From a virus (Duplodnaviria > Heunggongvirae > Uroviricota > Caudoviricetes): a stretch of DNA of 64,000 nt. The translations under genes and the position numbers were made by a program. Location of the stretch: the IMG/VR virus record IMGVR_UViG_3300050190_000017; one strand, 5' to 3'. Within the stretch, counting starts at the first letter, position 1. The number at the start of each line of letters is the position of its first letter. Positions 44,559-54,197 of this stretch are shown one piece after another. A model generated the notes under the pieces. That model was not told the DNA's origin, did not search any database, and saw only the letters and a program-made list of their open reading frames with translations.

Positions 44559-45641
44559 ATGGGAATTTCAGCTAATATAGCGCAGGACGCGCAAGCACTA
44601 TCAAACTTGGCTACCACTCAGGTAGCGTTCCGTAATCGTATTATAAATGGGGCATGTAACGTAGCTCAACGTCCTAGCATGACCTTTAATCAAACGATGA
44701 CGCAAGGGTACGCAGGTCCTGATAGATACCTCGCAGTTGATGGCCTAGCCACTGGTGCGTTCACACAGAGCCAGGGTGCCATTACCTACAATGGAGTGCT
44801 GAGGAATGCAGTAGTCCAAACAGTAACTACACCGTTTACCCTAGGTACTGCTTACTACACGTATGGTGTATATCAGCGGATAGAAGGGCTTAACTGTTAT
44901 GACCTACTCGGTCAGCCTGTAGCAATATCCTTTATATTTGAGACCGATGTTAGTGGTATGTATAGCGTTACTATACAGGATAGTAACGCTACTAACTCTT
45001 ACGTTTCAACCTTTATGGCAGTTGCCAGTGTACCCGTAAAAGTAGTAATACCTATCAGTGTGCTACCTCTAACGCTTAACGTCCCTAATTCTAATATGAT
45101 GGGATTAAGCGTGCTTATAGGAGCATTGAATGCCGGGAACTATACGACGTCAACTTTGAACACGTGGCAGGCAGGAAATTGGTTCTCAGCTACGAGTTCT
45201 ACTAACTGGGGAATGACGATAGGTAACTACATAGCGGTTACTGATCTCCAGCTAGAAGCAGGGACCGTAGCAACCCTTTTTGAGAACAGACTGTATACAA
45301 CGGAGTTAGGGTTATGCCAGAGGTACTACCAACTAGCAGGTAATGGACTTTTTGGTTCTGTAGAAGCTGCCACGGTAGTCGGTGTAGCAGAGAAATTTAT
45401 AGTTCCTATGAGAGCTATACCGACTGTATCTTTGATACCGGGTTTGCCTGCCTGGATACGATCAGGTGCTGCCAATTGGGAAGCAAATCCTCCCGTCTTG
45501 GCTAACGGGGCAGCTACTACCTATGGTTTATGGACTCAGGTAACCGGGTTTACTGGACTCTCTCCGTATTACCCAGTAACGTCTAGAAATAGTGCACCCA
45601 ATGAAGGCTATCTCTTTATAGGCTGTTCTGCGGAGCTCTAG
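44559..45641 (+). CDS. Tail fibre/receptor-binding protein (paralog of 36743-37828)
   Basis: FRNRIINGACNVAQRP, GPDR, QRIEG, QLEAGTVAT-FE, ELGLCQRYY. Confidence 0.7.
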   Translation: MGISANIAQDAQALSNLATTQVAFRNRIINGACNVAQRPSMTFNQTMTQGYAGPDRYLAVDGLATGAFTQSQGAITYNGVLRNAVVQTVTTPFTLGTAYYTYGVYQRIEGLNCYDLLGQPVAISFIFETDVSGMYSVTIQDSNATNSYVSTFMAVASVPVKVVIPISVLPLTLNVPNSNMMGLSVLIGALNAGNYTTSTLNTWQAGNWFSATSSTNWGMTIGNYIAVTDLQLEAGTVATLFENRLYTTELGLCQRYYQLAGNGLFGSVEAATVVGVAEKFIVPMRAIPTVSLIPGLPAWIRSGAANWEANPPVLANGAATTYGLWTQVTGFTGLSPYYPVTSRNSAPNEGYLFIGCSAEL

Positions 45642-45642
45642 T

Positions 45643-45930
45643 ATGAAAAAGATACGAAGTACACTAAAGATAACAGCAGAAGATTATTCGTTCAATACGG
45701 TAGCACCTAATCACAACCTAGATGAACCTTACTTGCCAACTGGTGTAGACTTGGAGCCCGAAGTGCATCCTAAATCAGAGATCCTATTGAATGCTACCAA
45801 TTTCAAGTTAAATGCAGCACACCGATTGGTAGTTACGTTGAAGAAGGAGGCTTCTATAATGCCCTCGAATCAAGCCGGAGATCACGACACCCATATCTCC
45901 AGTGTAGAACAAGAAGATGAAGAAGAATAA
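45643..45930 (+). CDS. Hypothetical protein with internal FKLNAAHRL motif
   Basis: ORF track; acidic C-terminus. Confidence 0.5.
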   Translation: MKKIRSTLKITAEDYSFNTVAPNHNLDEPYLPTGVDLEPEVHPKSEILLNATNFKLNAAHRLVVTLKKEASIMPSNQAGDHDTHISSVEQEDEEE

Positions 45931-46186
45931 CTTAGCCATACTGAGGAGAAACATCATGGGATTTTCAGACAGCATAGATCATTCAGCTGAGACCGAGGAC
46001 TTGCTCAGAGAGTATGAGATACAACGTATTAGGAGGGAAGCAAAGAAGCCAAGCCTACCATTCACAGGAGCCTGCTACTATTGTGGGTCGGATGTACATT
46101 CACCAAAAGCTTTCTGCGATTCTGAGTGCGCCAAAGATTACGCGAACGAGAGGAGGCTCCTAACCATTGCAGGGAGGATTAGATGA
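45917..46186 (+). CDS. TraR/DksA-like C4 zinc-finger protein (likely start ATG 45956)
   Basis: GAGGAG RBS before MGFSDSID; acidic N-helix followed by CYYC and CDSEC. Confidence 0.6.
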   Translation: MKKNNLAILRRNIMGFSDSIDHSAETEDLLREYEIQRIRREAKKPSLPFTGACYYCGSDVHSPKAFCDSECAKDYANERRLLTIAGRIR

Positions 46187-46608
46187 GTTCAGTATTCAGC
46201 ACCACGGGTAATATCATTAGCCTACCCGCTACTCCGACTAACACTCTGAACTTCGCTGTCAAGGGGAGCTTAGGGCAAGGTCAGATCATGCGGAACATAG
46301 GTAACTTCTACACGTCATTCGATGCTACAGAGGGGGCTGTACTCCAGCAGTTTAGTGTTACTACTAGCCTAGTATTGCCTACGGGCAGTGCCGGGCTGCT
46401 AATTACATCCAACGGAGGACCGCTAGTTCTCAACTTGACTAAGACTACGGGAACACTAGAGTCCCCTGTGGTTGCAATGTACACCGTGTACATGACTCAG
46501 CTATATTTAACGGATGACATGCTATCAGGTGTCACCATTGTTAATCCTACTGCGGGTTCAACGGTATCAGGCTTTCTGGCCTACATACCGTACACCTTCA
46601 GTGGTTAA
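46183..46608 (+). CDS. Putative virion protein
   Basis: GGAGG RBS; T/S/V-rich, beta-rich and Lys-poor. Confidence 0.55.
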   Translation: MSSVFSTTGNIISLPATPTNTLNFAVKGSLGQGQIMRNIGNFYTSFDATEGAVLQQFSVTTSLVLPTGSAGLLITSNGGPLVLNLTKTTGTLESPVVAMYTVYMTQLYLTDDMLSGVTIVNPTAGSTVSGFLAYIPYTFSG

Positions 46609-46634
46609 GCTCTGCAACAGCAGGTTGAATGCAG

Positions 46635-46675
46635 AAGAGCCACACTACCTAATCAAAAGTAGTGTGGCTCTTTGT
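46635..46675. terminator. Intrinsic terminator at convergent junction
   Basis: 14-bp stem AAGAGCCACACTAC / GTAGTGTGGCTCTT followed by TGT. Confidence 0.78.
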
Positions 46676-46688
46676 ACGTCTGGTTAGA

Positions 46689-47201
46689 CTACACGATCGA
46701 ACTACCCTTCAAGCAAGCATCAAAATCAATAACGATTGGCAGCCCATCTAGCAGTTCATTCTTCTCTTGAATCCAGGCTAAGGTCTGCTCATCTTTCTGT
46801 AAATCCTTACCTAGTGAAATATGAGCAGTATAGTCCTCGAAAGAATGCTTTAATCCCTGCCCTTCTAATTCCTGGTGGAGCTCCTGTAGGTCTTCGGAGT
46901 GCAAAACACCCACCAGTATCGACTCTCCGTTAGGTTCATCCCAGATCACCAACTCCCTTAGTAATCCTGTCATCTCCCGGTCTTCAGGTACATCAACTGA
47001 TTCAGGAAGTACATCATGGTGGTACATAATCGTACAATGCAGCTGTGTAGTATTCCGAGTTTTAAAAGGAGCACCTGCCATAAGCTTCTGCAGTTTCAGC
47101 GTTGATCTAGAGTCAGGCGTGCACCACACATAGAGACCACCTTCTGGGTTAGCATTCTTAACTTCATCATAGAGAATGCGTGCGTACACAGGTTTGTTCA
47201 T
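46689..47201 (-). CDS. acb1: 2H phosphoesterase, T4 gp57B/Acb1-like
   Basis: GLYVW...LHCTIMY (HxT)...LVIW...ILVGVLHSEDL...GLKHSFEDYTAHISL (HxS). Confidence 0.75.
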   Translation of the reverse strand: MNKPVYARILYDEVKNANPEGGLYVWCTPDSRSTLKLQKLMAGAPFKTRNTTQLHCTIMYHHDVLPESVDVPEDREMTGLLRELVIWDEPNGESILVGVLHSEDLQELHQELEGQGLKHSFEDYTAHISLGKDLQKDEQTLAWIQEKNELLDGLPIVIDFDACLKGSSIV

Positions 47202-47203
47202 GA

Positions 47204-47698
47204 CTACCCCTTCTTTGGTAATACGTTGAAGGCCTCGGGAGTAAGCCCCTTTGGTAGTGGTGGCATTTTCGGAACCTCTATATTAGCATCTCCTTCGAGG
47301 ATATTAAGTATTGCTTTCAACTTCATGCGCCACTGCACGAACGCCACTACATCTGGGCTATCAAAGGTGTTCAGTCCTAGAATCACTGCATCCAAGATAC
47401 CTGTCATTACTGCGTCACTATGAGATAGTACCTTGACCACGTTCATCTGGTACTGCTGCCAAGAAGTCATCTCACTCTCAGCTGAACCTGGCTCTGGGGT
47501 GCTGAGAGCTACTACGTTCCAACGTTCACCATTCCATACAGCATGAGCAACTTGTGGAGTATACTCGGGTACTGCAACAGTGGTTGAGTTAGCTGGATAG
47601 TGGTAGACCCCCTCCTCCAGCGGGGATTCAAAGGCAGTACCCTCCCCGAGATAGCGAAAGGACTTAGAGTCATAGTTATAAACGGTTTTGGTAGTCAT
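47204..47698 (-). CDS. Tail fibre assembly protein (Tfa-like)
   Basis: VYNYD...YLG...SPLEEGVYHYPANSTTVAVP...AVWNGERW; follows the collar fibre. Confidence 0.8.
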   Translation of the reverse strand: MTTKTVYNYDSKSFRYLGEGTAFESPLEEGVYHYPANSTTVAVPEYTPQVAHAVWNGERWNVVALSTPEPGSAESEMTSWQQYQMNVVKVLSHSDAVMTGILDAVILGLNTFDSPDVVAFVQWRMKLKAILNILEGDANIEVPKMPPLPKGLTPEAFNVLPKKG

Positions 47699-47720
47699 TG
47701 TTTATTATCCTTATATTCGT

Positions 47721-49505
47721 TTAGAACTTCACACAGGCTAGCAGTGAAAAATTCTTTCCTCGGGTCTCATTACCGCCCGAATATTGAATACTAATACCAG
47801 TGTAAGCAGCACTAAGGTAGATACCCGTAGCAGCAGGGCTAGTAGTTTCTGTGTGGGGATTAGGAAACCCATACAGACTACTGGGTACATAGCAGTAGGT
47901 AGAGCTACCCGACTGAGCAAGACTGCCCATCGTCATAGTATGCGTATGTTCTGGGTCATTAACATAGTGATTGTGCGTCGGGTCATTAACTCCGTGATTG
48001 TGAGACATGTACATGTCAGCTTGGTACGTACCAAAGACCCGTCCAGTGTCTAGTCCTCGACCGTCATCCCATCCTCGGGGGACGACACCGCGTAAGTCAG
48101 GAAGGTTAAACGTCGTTGCTCCGTCACCAGTACCGTAGTAGGTACCGATAGTAGCAAATAAATTAGCGTAAGCAGTACGCGACACGGCAGACCCGTTGGC
48201 AACGAGAAACCCGGTAGGGGGCGTAGACGCAGCCATATATATGATCTGCCCTGGAGGAGATAACGCCTGCGCTTGCCCTAGGGTAACTGCTTGCTGACTA
48301 TACAGTGCATTGGGAATCTGTAGGGGACCCATACTACTGTTAATTAGAATCCAGTTACTAGTAGCCGAGAACTCTACCCAAACTCGACCATTCATTTCTT
48401 CACCCTGTAACGGCGTATTGTTCATACCGTAAACCGGGTAGGGTGCCCCTCCGTCTAGTGCAAAAGTAGAGGCACCTGTATTAGGATTGGCTACTAGGAA
48501 AGAACGAATCATCCCGACTTGTGGTACCGGAGTCTTCTGCTTATACGTAGCTGCGTACGCATTAGTTGTACCCGTGTCTGCGGCATAGTTAGTGATGTCG
48601 TAGTTCAGTGGATCAAGAATCTGTGAGTAGTACGAAGTACCCTTTGCCAGGTCATCACGATAAACCGTTATGTTGGAACCGGCCATAGGTACAGTTTGCA
48701 ATGGGGCTCCGTTCAAGTTAAACCGGTAGTTCATACCCGACGCTACTACACTATTTACAGAACGGAAGTACCCACTGGAAGTTTCAATAACAAACCGTTC
48801 ACTAACACTTGTTATATCCTGTGGGTGTAACTCAGTTGCTAGTACTTCAATCCAAGTGGTCGAGGCATTAGCTACTTGAAAGTACGGCGTATCGTTGTAC
48901 TGAGAATATCGACCATACGTGCTGTCAATCGTCCACGTCCCAGCACTAGAGTTAGAGAGTAGTGTTGAATCACCGTACTCCGAGAGCTCCATAACCTGTA
49001 GTAAGGGTACCGTGGGATTAGCACTCAAGCTTGGTGGGTAAATATCCGACCAGTTGAACACCTGTAACAGGGTAGTAGGACTAGACGTAGTGACCTGGAA
49101 GATCGCTGTTCCCTGAGCCAACGTCAGCAAGCAGTGGAGCTCATACGAGGAAACAACGTTAGAGCCTAGGGCACTGAATTTGGTCTGCGGTGTGGGGAAC
49201 ACCGCCTTGGCGAACATTACGTTACCAGGAAGATACAGTGCAATCTCCCCGAACTGGAAAGGCCCGGCATTAGGAGGTATCGAGCACAGAATGTCGATTG
49301 TATCCCCACCTACGTTCTGGTAGGAGGTGGGAGTTCCGGAGAATAGCGTAGTACCACTCAGCCCGGTATCAGTAGGTAAGGGGGTATAACCATACCCACT
49401 CCCGATGGCAAAGCTTGTGATATTTATATAGGGGCCTGTAGGTAGAGCTATTGAAGCAGTAGCTAAACCAATTGAGGTGATCTGGAAGACGGGCGTGCCA
49501 CTCAT
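47721..49505 (-). CDS. Tail fibre with tail-collar domain
   Basis: PPGQIIYMAASTPPTGFLVANGSAVSRTAYANLFATIGT-YG-GDG-TTFNLPDLRG collar motif; N-terminus paralogous to the 33000 fibre. Confidence 0.88.
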   Translation of the reverse strand: MSGTPVFQITSIGLATASIALPTGPYINITSFAIGSGYGYTPLPTDTGLSGTTLFSGTPTSYQNVGGDTIDILCSIPPNAGPFQFGEIALYLPGNVMFAKAVFPTPQTKFSALGSNVVSSYELHCLLTLAQGTAIFQVTTSSPTTLLQVFNWSDIYPPSLSANPTVPLLQVMELSEYGDSTLLSNSSAGTWTIDSTYGRYSQYNDTPYFQVANASTTWIEVLATELHPQDITSVSERFVIETSSGYFRSVNSVVASGMNYRFNLNGAPLQTVPMAGSNITVYRDDLAKGTSYYSQILDPLNYDITNYAADTGTTNAYAATYKQKTPVPQVGMIRSFLVANPNTGASTFALDGGAPYPVYGMNNTPLQGEEMNGRVWVEFSATSNWILINSSMGPLQIPNALYSQQAVTLGQAQALSPPGQIIYMAASTPPTGFLVANGSAVSRTAYANLFATIGTYYGTGDGATTFNLPDLRGVVPRGWDDGRGLDTGRVFGTYQADMYMSHNHGVNDPTHNHYVNDPEHTHTMTMGSLAQSGSSTYCYVPSSLYGFPNPHTETTSPAATGIYLSAAYTGISIQYSGGNETRGKNFSLLACVKF

Positions 49506-49521
49506 GAAAGAACCTCAAAGG

Positions 49522-50637
49522 TTAGATTGTTCGACTGGGGATTACGTTCACTGGACGCATTAGTGAATCATACGTAATTCCATAAAAATAATTGCGGAGG
49601 CCGTACACTAGATCATAAGCAATTGGGAAGGACATGAGGTTAGTCTTAGTGCTCTCAATTGTATAGCTCTGTGTATCCGCCCACAAAACTTTAAGCAGAC
49701 CTGAGGCAGACGTTGCCGTAATTGCTGTATCATACAGAACACCCTGCTGCTGATTGCTACCAATAAAGTCCGGGTAGAACTTAATGAAGTACGGACGCGC
49801 CATCAGCTCAGGACTGGTCGACATATTAGCCAAGTCGATAAGCATCCCTGCTACCTGAAATTGCGATGCGTATTGAATCAAGGAGAATGAGGTAGACCTA
49901 GCGTGGACGCCTAGAACTCCCCAGAAGGCAGTTGGATCCTGCTGGTTTACTATAGCCCCTTGCAAATCTAGGTACCCAGGCGTTGCATAGTTCATTGAAC
50001 GTACAAAGTCTGCTGCATCTGAGTACAACGAGATAGAAGGACCAGAGGGTGCCATAGGTAGCTCAAGCTCTACACCTAACAGTGAGATATTACCTCCGTA
50101 CAGATTAACCCCAGACATGTGCCAAAGGTTAGTGCTCGTCAGAGACACCGCAGGGACAAGGACCGGGCGCATGAGATCAGTCATTATCGCAGGGATAGCA
50201 CCCGTACCTACTGGCGGACTAGAGTAGGCACCGTAGTTCATATCACCGTAGAACGCAAACGTTAAGGTTCCTCCATACAGATTAATGTCGTTTACTATAG
50301 GGAAGGTCTGCCCTGCCTGCAATGCCAATACGGTGGAGGTCGATAACTGGTGATTGACCGAAGCCATTGTCAACTGAGACACAGCGTAGTCGATTGTAGC
50401 GTATGGCATAGCCATAGTGCCGTTACCGGGAGCGTCTACACCAGTTACATTGTTGATGTACACCACAGAAGGGAGTGCTAAGGTTGACCCCACGTATAGG
50501 CCATCACTAAGGATCTGTAGAATGTTTCCCATGGTGGCACTAAGGGGCACCTGCATAGGGGGAATCTGATCTCCAGTATCCATAGATCGGATTACTTGGG
50601 CCATTGAATCATAGAAGGTGGGAAGTTCGTATGCCAT
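49522..50637 (-). CDS. Baseplate/fibre-associated structural protein
   Basis: LSATMGNILQILSDGLYV and GVDAPGNGTxxxPYATI motifs; within the baseplate operon. Confidence 0.6.
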   Translation of the reverse strand: MAYELPTFYDSMAQVIRSMDTGDQIPPMQVPLSATMGNILQILSDGLYVGSTLALPSVVYINNVTGVDAPGNGTMAMPYATIDYAVSQLTMASVNHQLSTSTVLALQAGQTFPIVNDINLYGGTLTFAFYGDMNYGAYSSPPVGTGAIPAIMTDLMRPVLVPAVSLTSTNLWHMSGVNLYGGNISLLGVELELPMAPSGPSISLYSDAADFVRSMNYATPGYLDLQGAIVNQQDPTAFWGVLGVHARSTSFSLIQYASQFQVAGMLIDLANMSTSPELMARPYFIKFYPDFIGSNQQQGVLYDTAITATSASGLLKVLWADTQSYTIESTKTNLMSFPIAYDLVYGLRNYFYGITYDSLMRPVNVIPSRTI

Positions 50638-50649
50638 CTGATTTCTCTT

Positions 50650-51921
50650 TTAGAGTACTGGGGAACCTGTCCAATACGGACTGTATAAACCGGAGCCTAG
50701 CACAAACTCAGCAAAGCCTGTAGGATTAACTAATAGGCATGTGGGGAACCCTACTAGATTAGTAGGGGCCTCTCCTAGGTCTGCGGTCTTTGCTACAGGC
50801 ATTGTGCTGAACACCGGAAGGCGTCCGCCGCTATACGTGCCGGTCGGAATAGCCTGCCACATAACAGGGCCATATATAACAGAGGTTGCTCCAGCTACTA
50901 CGGGCCCACATAGGGTAGTAGGGAGTTCTGTCTCTAGTACAGGTACTTGCTGTGGGCCGTCATACAGCGGAAAGACGCGCCCCATAGTATCTTGAATCCA
51001 TGACGTAGGGGCTGCCAGCATATACACACCAGTAAGGTCAATATTACCTGGATTGGTCGTCCACGCTGCGGTGGGGACTTCGTCTGTTATGGTAAGCTCT
51101 GGAGAGTTCGCACCGTAGCTGTACAAGTTAGAGATCGGCACCGCTTGAACCATATTCAATCCTAACGCTACTACAGGGGCATTGGTACCCGTAGGTGTGG
51201 TAGTGATTGGAATATCAAACGTTAGTGCTATGTCATGCAACACTATATTGTAATTCGCAATCTCGTAGAAGAATGTGGTCAACGTCTGCACATCTAGTGA
51301 TTGTAGACCACCCGAAGCCGTGATTGCTACATTAGGAGTAGGATACCAAGTGCCTCCCTCCCATATTGGAGTTCCTATGCGGGAATCTCCTGTAGGGTAA
51401 AACGTAATGTAGTCTGCGGTCCACAGCTGTTCTATAGCTAGGCTAGAACTCAGGCAATAATTTATAAAATTAATGAATGCTGAGGTCCCCTTACCAAACC
51501 AGTATTGACCAACCCACCTAGCTATAGACTGATAGTTATCGTTGGTCAATACCGAAGCTGACTGCAACTTCATGCCCAACATATTGACCTGCTTAACCAA
51601 AATCTCCCACTCAGGTTGCGACCATGCCTCGAAGGGGATCAACTCTGAGTTAGCAATCTGATTGTTTTCCAACATCGGATTAGTGACCCACATCTTACGT
51701 AGGTCACCTAAAACTTCTGTTGGAATATCGACGGTGGTCTCGAACACATAGTCTACCGCATCCAGCAGGGCTACAAAATAAGGATTTTGGTAGATGTACG
51801 GAGGAGCCAACAGGGATCTTGGGGTCCTGTAGCCTAGCCTAATATTCTCCTTGCTATCAGTAGTGGGAGGTGAGAGTGTGTACTCGTATAATGATGGTGG
51901 AAGTGGTGTCGTCATCTTCAA
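50650..51921 (-). CDS. Baseplate wedge subunit (P2 gpI / T4 gp7-like)
   Basis: Follows the J-like gene; YWFGKGTSAFINFI motif. Confidence 0.6.
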   Translation of the reverse strand: MKMTTPLPPSLYEYTLSPPTTDSKENIRLGYRTPRSLLAPPYIYQNPYFVALLDAVDYVFETTVDIPTEVLGDLRKMWVTNPMLENNQIANSELIPFEAWSQPEWEILVKQVNMLGMKLQSASVLTNDNYQSIARWVGQYWFGKGTSAFINFINYCLSSSLAIEQLWTADYITFYPTGDSRIGTPIWEGGTWYPTPNVAITASGGLQSLDVQTLTTFFYEIANYNIVLHDIALTFDIPITTTPTGTNAPVVALGLNMVQAVPISNLYSYGANSPELTITDEVPTAAWTTNPGNIDLTGVYMLAAPTSWIQDTMGRVFPLYDGPQQVPVLETELPTTLCGPVVAGATSVIYGPVMWQAIPTGTYSGGRLPVFSTMPVAKTADLGEAPTNLVGFPTCLLVNPTGFAEFVLGSGLYSPYWTGSPVL

Positions 51922-53726
51922 GTCCCAAACAATGTATTACCGAGTTTAGCTTGCCTCGTCGACGGATACACGTTCACCGTTAAACTTGCCAGTGAATTAA
52001 ATTGTATGGGCACATCCGCCACGCCGTTCGGTGGGCTACCAGTAGGCATAACCATCCCTGTATCCGTAAAGGTTAAGGGCATATTAGCCTCTACTGTTCC
52101 AAGTAGTCCTACCATAGCAGCAGAGCGCCCCCAGATCTGATACGAAGCTGCATTCACTACTGGGGGCCAGGTCAGGGTAACTGCGTAGTTATCTGCCATA
52201 GATGTAACCTGCGGAAATACCCAATTCACGGGAGTCCCAACTTGACCGTTCATCAGAGTGGTCGATATGGCATAGGCGTATACCAGAGGTCCCAATGTTC
52301 CTCCGTCCATAACCAGTGTGTAAGTAGGCATTGGAGATTGAGGAGCAGTTACAATCATCGGCCCTGTAGGTTCATTCACCACTACGTAGGATACCAAACC
52401 AGGAGCAGCAGCGAACACCGCGTTCTCAATGTCCGACAGGAAGAAGTCAGTGGCTAAGATACCTGGCTTGATAGCGAATAGGTTCACCATCGCTGTCTGC
52501 ACTGCTGATTGCACCTGTGACGGTACTGCAGTGTTAAATACGTACACCGAAACATTAACAGTCTGCGGAACTGCTGTCGGTGCAACCCAAATGAAGTACG
52601 GTGCGTATTGCGTTACTGATTGTGCGTACGTCAGGAACTCCTGAATCTGTGTTTGCGACCACGGGCTGTTGGTCAGTGCAGAGATGCGGATAACGTTCAT
52701 CCACTGCACCGCCATCGGGTTAATCTCCCGCTGCGCCTGCGTCACAATATCAACAATACCTGGATAAGTAGCGAGTATGCTCAGGTACTGTGACTTGGTA
52801 ACACCTGAGCTATATGTTCCGAATCCACCCGAAGCCACGTTCTTGTAGACTAGAGTTGGTTTAGCGTTAGAACCGCCACTAGGATTATCGAGGAATGTTC
52901 CGGCTACCATAGGGAACCCGACTACAGTAACAGGGTTACCCATTGAGACGATACCGTTACCTGTTGCGCCCTGAGTTACAGGATAACTAACCACTACGGT
53001 ATCGGTAGCTTTAGGAATAGTACCGAACTGTCCGATAGTGGATAGGCCACCTAAGTTACCGAACTGCAGGAGGAGACGACCGTCACTCATTGTTAAATCT
53101 GCGTAGCCAGGAAGACCGTCGAAGTTCCATAAGCCACCATAAGCTTTAGGAATGGTAACTCCGTTCAGCTGGACTAGCACATCCTGATCTGATACAACGA
53201 ACCCAGGCTGAACCCCTACATAGGTTTGTCTCTCTGTGCCCAAACCATTCATGGAATAGGCATAGATCTGACCTTCGCACAAAGTAACAGTGAGGGGAGT
53301 GTTAGCGTACAGCGTTATCTGCTGCTGATTGAAGAAGTAAGAGCCTGCCCCCTGGAACTGAGTTAGAGGGTTGAATGAAATCTCAGTAGGCGAGGTCAGT
53401 GTAACTGATACTTGTGCAGGAAGGTACCGCGTAATACGGAGGCCCTGCATCTGTGTGATAGATAGAATAGCATCGTCTGATTGAGCAGTCTCCGCAAACG
53501 CATCCTCGTACTTACGGGTGATACGTGCTTGGGCGTATGTACCAATCGTAGACAACAGCTCAACTAGGGTCTCAGAAGTCTGCGTCGTAAGGTTGCCCAC
53601 CCACGTCGGGTTGTTCTGCAGGTACGTATGGAACTGTCCGGTAAAGTCCGTCACTTCCGCGGTTAGTGGACTTAACGAAAGTACTTGGGCAGGAGTGGTT
53701 ACACTAGTTGTGGTCGATGTCGCCAT
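51918..53726 (-). CDS. Baseplate wedge subunit (P2 gpJ / T4 gp6-like) with FN3-like C-terminal insert
   Basis: EDAFAETAQSDDAI, YPVTQGATGN, SGGSN, VTKSQY...YPGI; follows the gp25-like gene. Confidence 0.82.
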   Translation of the reverse strand: MATSTTTSVTTPAQVLSLSPLTAEVTDFTGQFHTYLQNNPTWVGNLTTQTSETLVELLSTIGTYAQARITRKYEDAFAETAQSDDAILSITQMQGLRITRYLPAQVSVTLTSPTEISFNPLTQFQGAGSYFFNQQQITLYANTPLTVTLCEGQIYAYSMNGLGTERQTYVGVQPGFVVSDQDVLVQLNGVTIPKAYGGLWNFDGLPGYADLTMSDGRLLLQFGNLGGLSTIGQFGTIPKATDTVVVSYPVTQGATGNGIVSMGNPVTVVGFPMVAGTFLDNPSGGSNAKPTLVYKNVASGGFGTYSSGVTKSQYLSILATYPGIVDIVTQAQREINPMAVQWMNVIRISALTNSPWSQTQIQEFLTYAQSVTQYAPYFIWVAPTAVPQTVNVSVYVFNTAVPSQVQSAVQTAMVNLFAIKPGILATDFFLSDIENAVFAAAPGLVSYVVVNEPTGPMIVTAPQSPMPTYTLVMDGGTLGPLVYAYAISTTLMNGQVGTPVNWVFPQVTSMADNYAVTLTWPPVVNAASYQIWGRSAAMVGLLGTVEANMPLTFTDTGMVMPTGSPPNGVADVPIQFNSLASLTVNVYPSTRQAKLGNTLFGT

Positions 53727-53756
53727 AATAGAATCTCAGTGGACTATATTGTTCTG

Positions 53757-54173
53757 CTAAGTAGTGACTGCAAACGAAACTGCTTGGCGCTGTGAGGTGA
53801 GGTTCAACATGAAGGCAACCTGCACTTGATAGCCTGGTAGTGAAAGGTCAGGAGTCACGTAGGAGTTAGCGACGTCCACGGTGATCCGAGGCTCCCATCT
53901 AGCTAGTGCTTGTATCATACCGATCTGCATCTTGGTGGCCGTGATGTTATCTATTGGCTCCTGAAGTGCTTCTTTCCAATACATACCGTACTGGGGCTGG
54001 AACGTCCTACTCCTTTCCCCGATGCTACAGTTGAACAAATTATATAAACTTCCGTACTGTAGACTCAAGGCATCGGGTAACCTATCAGGTAAGGTGTTCA
54101 TCGTAAACAATGAGTTTACATCAATCCAGGTCGCACCTTGGAGAGAGATTTGAAAATTTGTTAGGGCTGCCAC
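53757..54173 (-). CDS. Baseplate wedge gp25/gpW-like protein
   Basis: LYNLFNCSIGERSRTFQPQYG...ALARWEPRI motif. Confidence 0.85.
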   Translation of the reverse strand: MAALTNFQISLQGATWIDVNSLFTMNTLPDRLPDALSLQYGSLYNLFNCSIGERSRTFQPQYGMYWKEALQEPIDNITATKMQIGMIQALARWEPRITVDVANSYVTPDLSLPGYQVQVAFMLNLTSQRQAVSFAVTT

Positions 54174-54197
54174 TATATACTCCTAGTGTTTTGTTAC

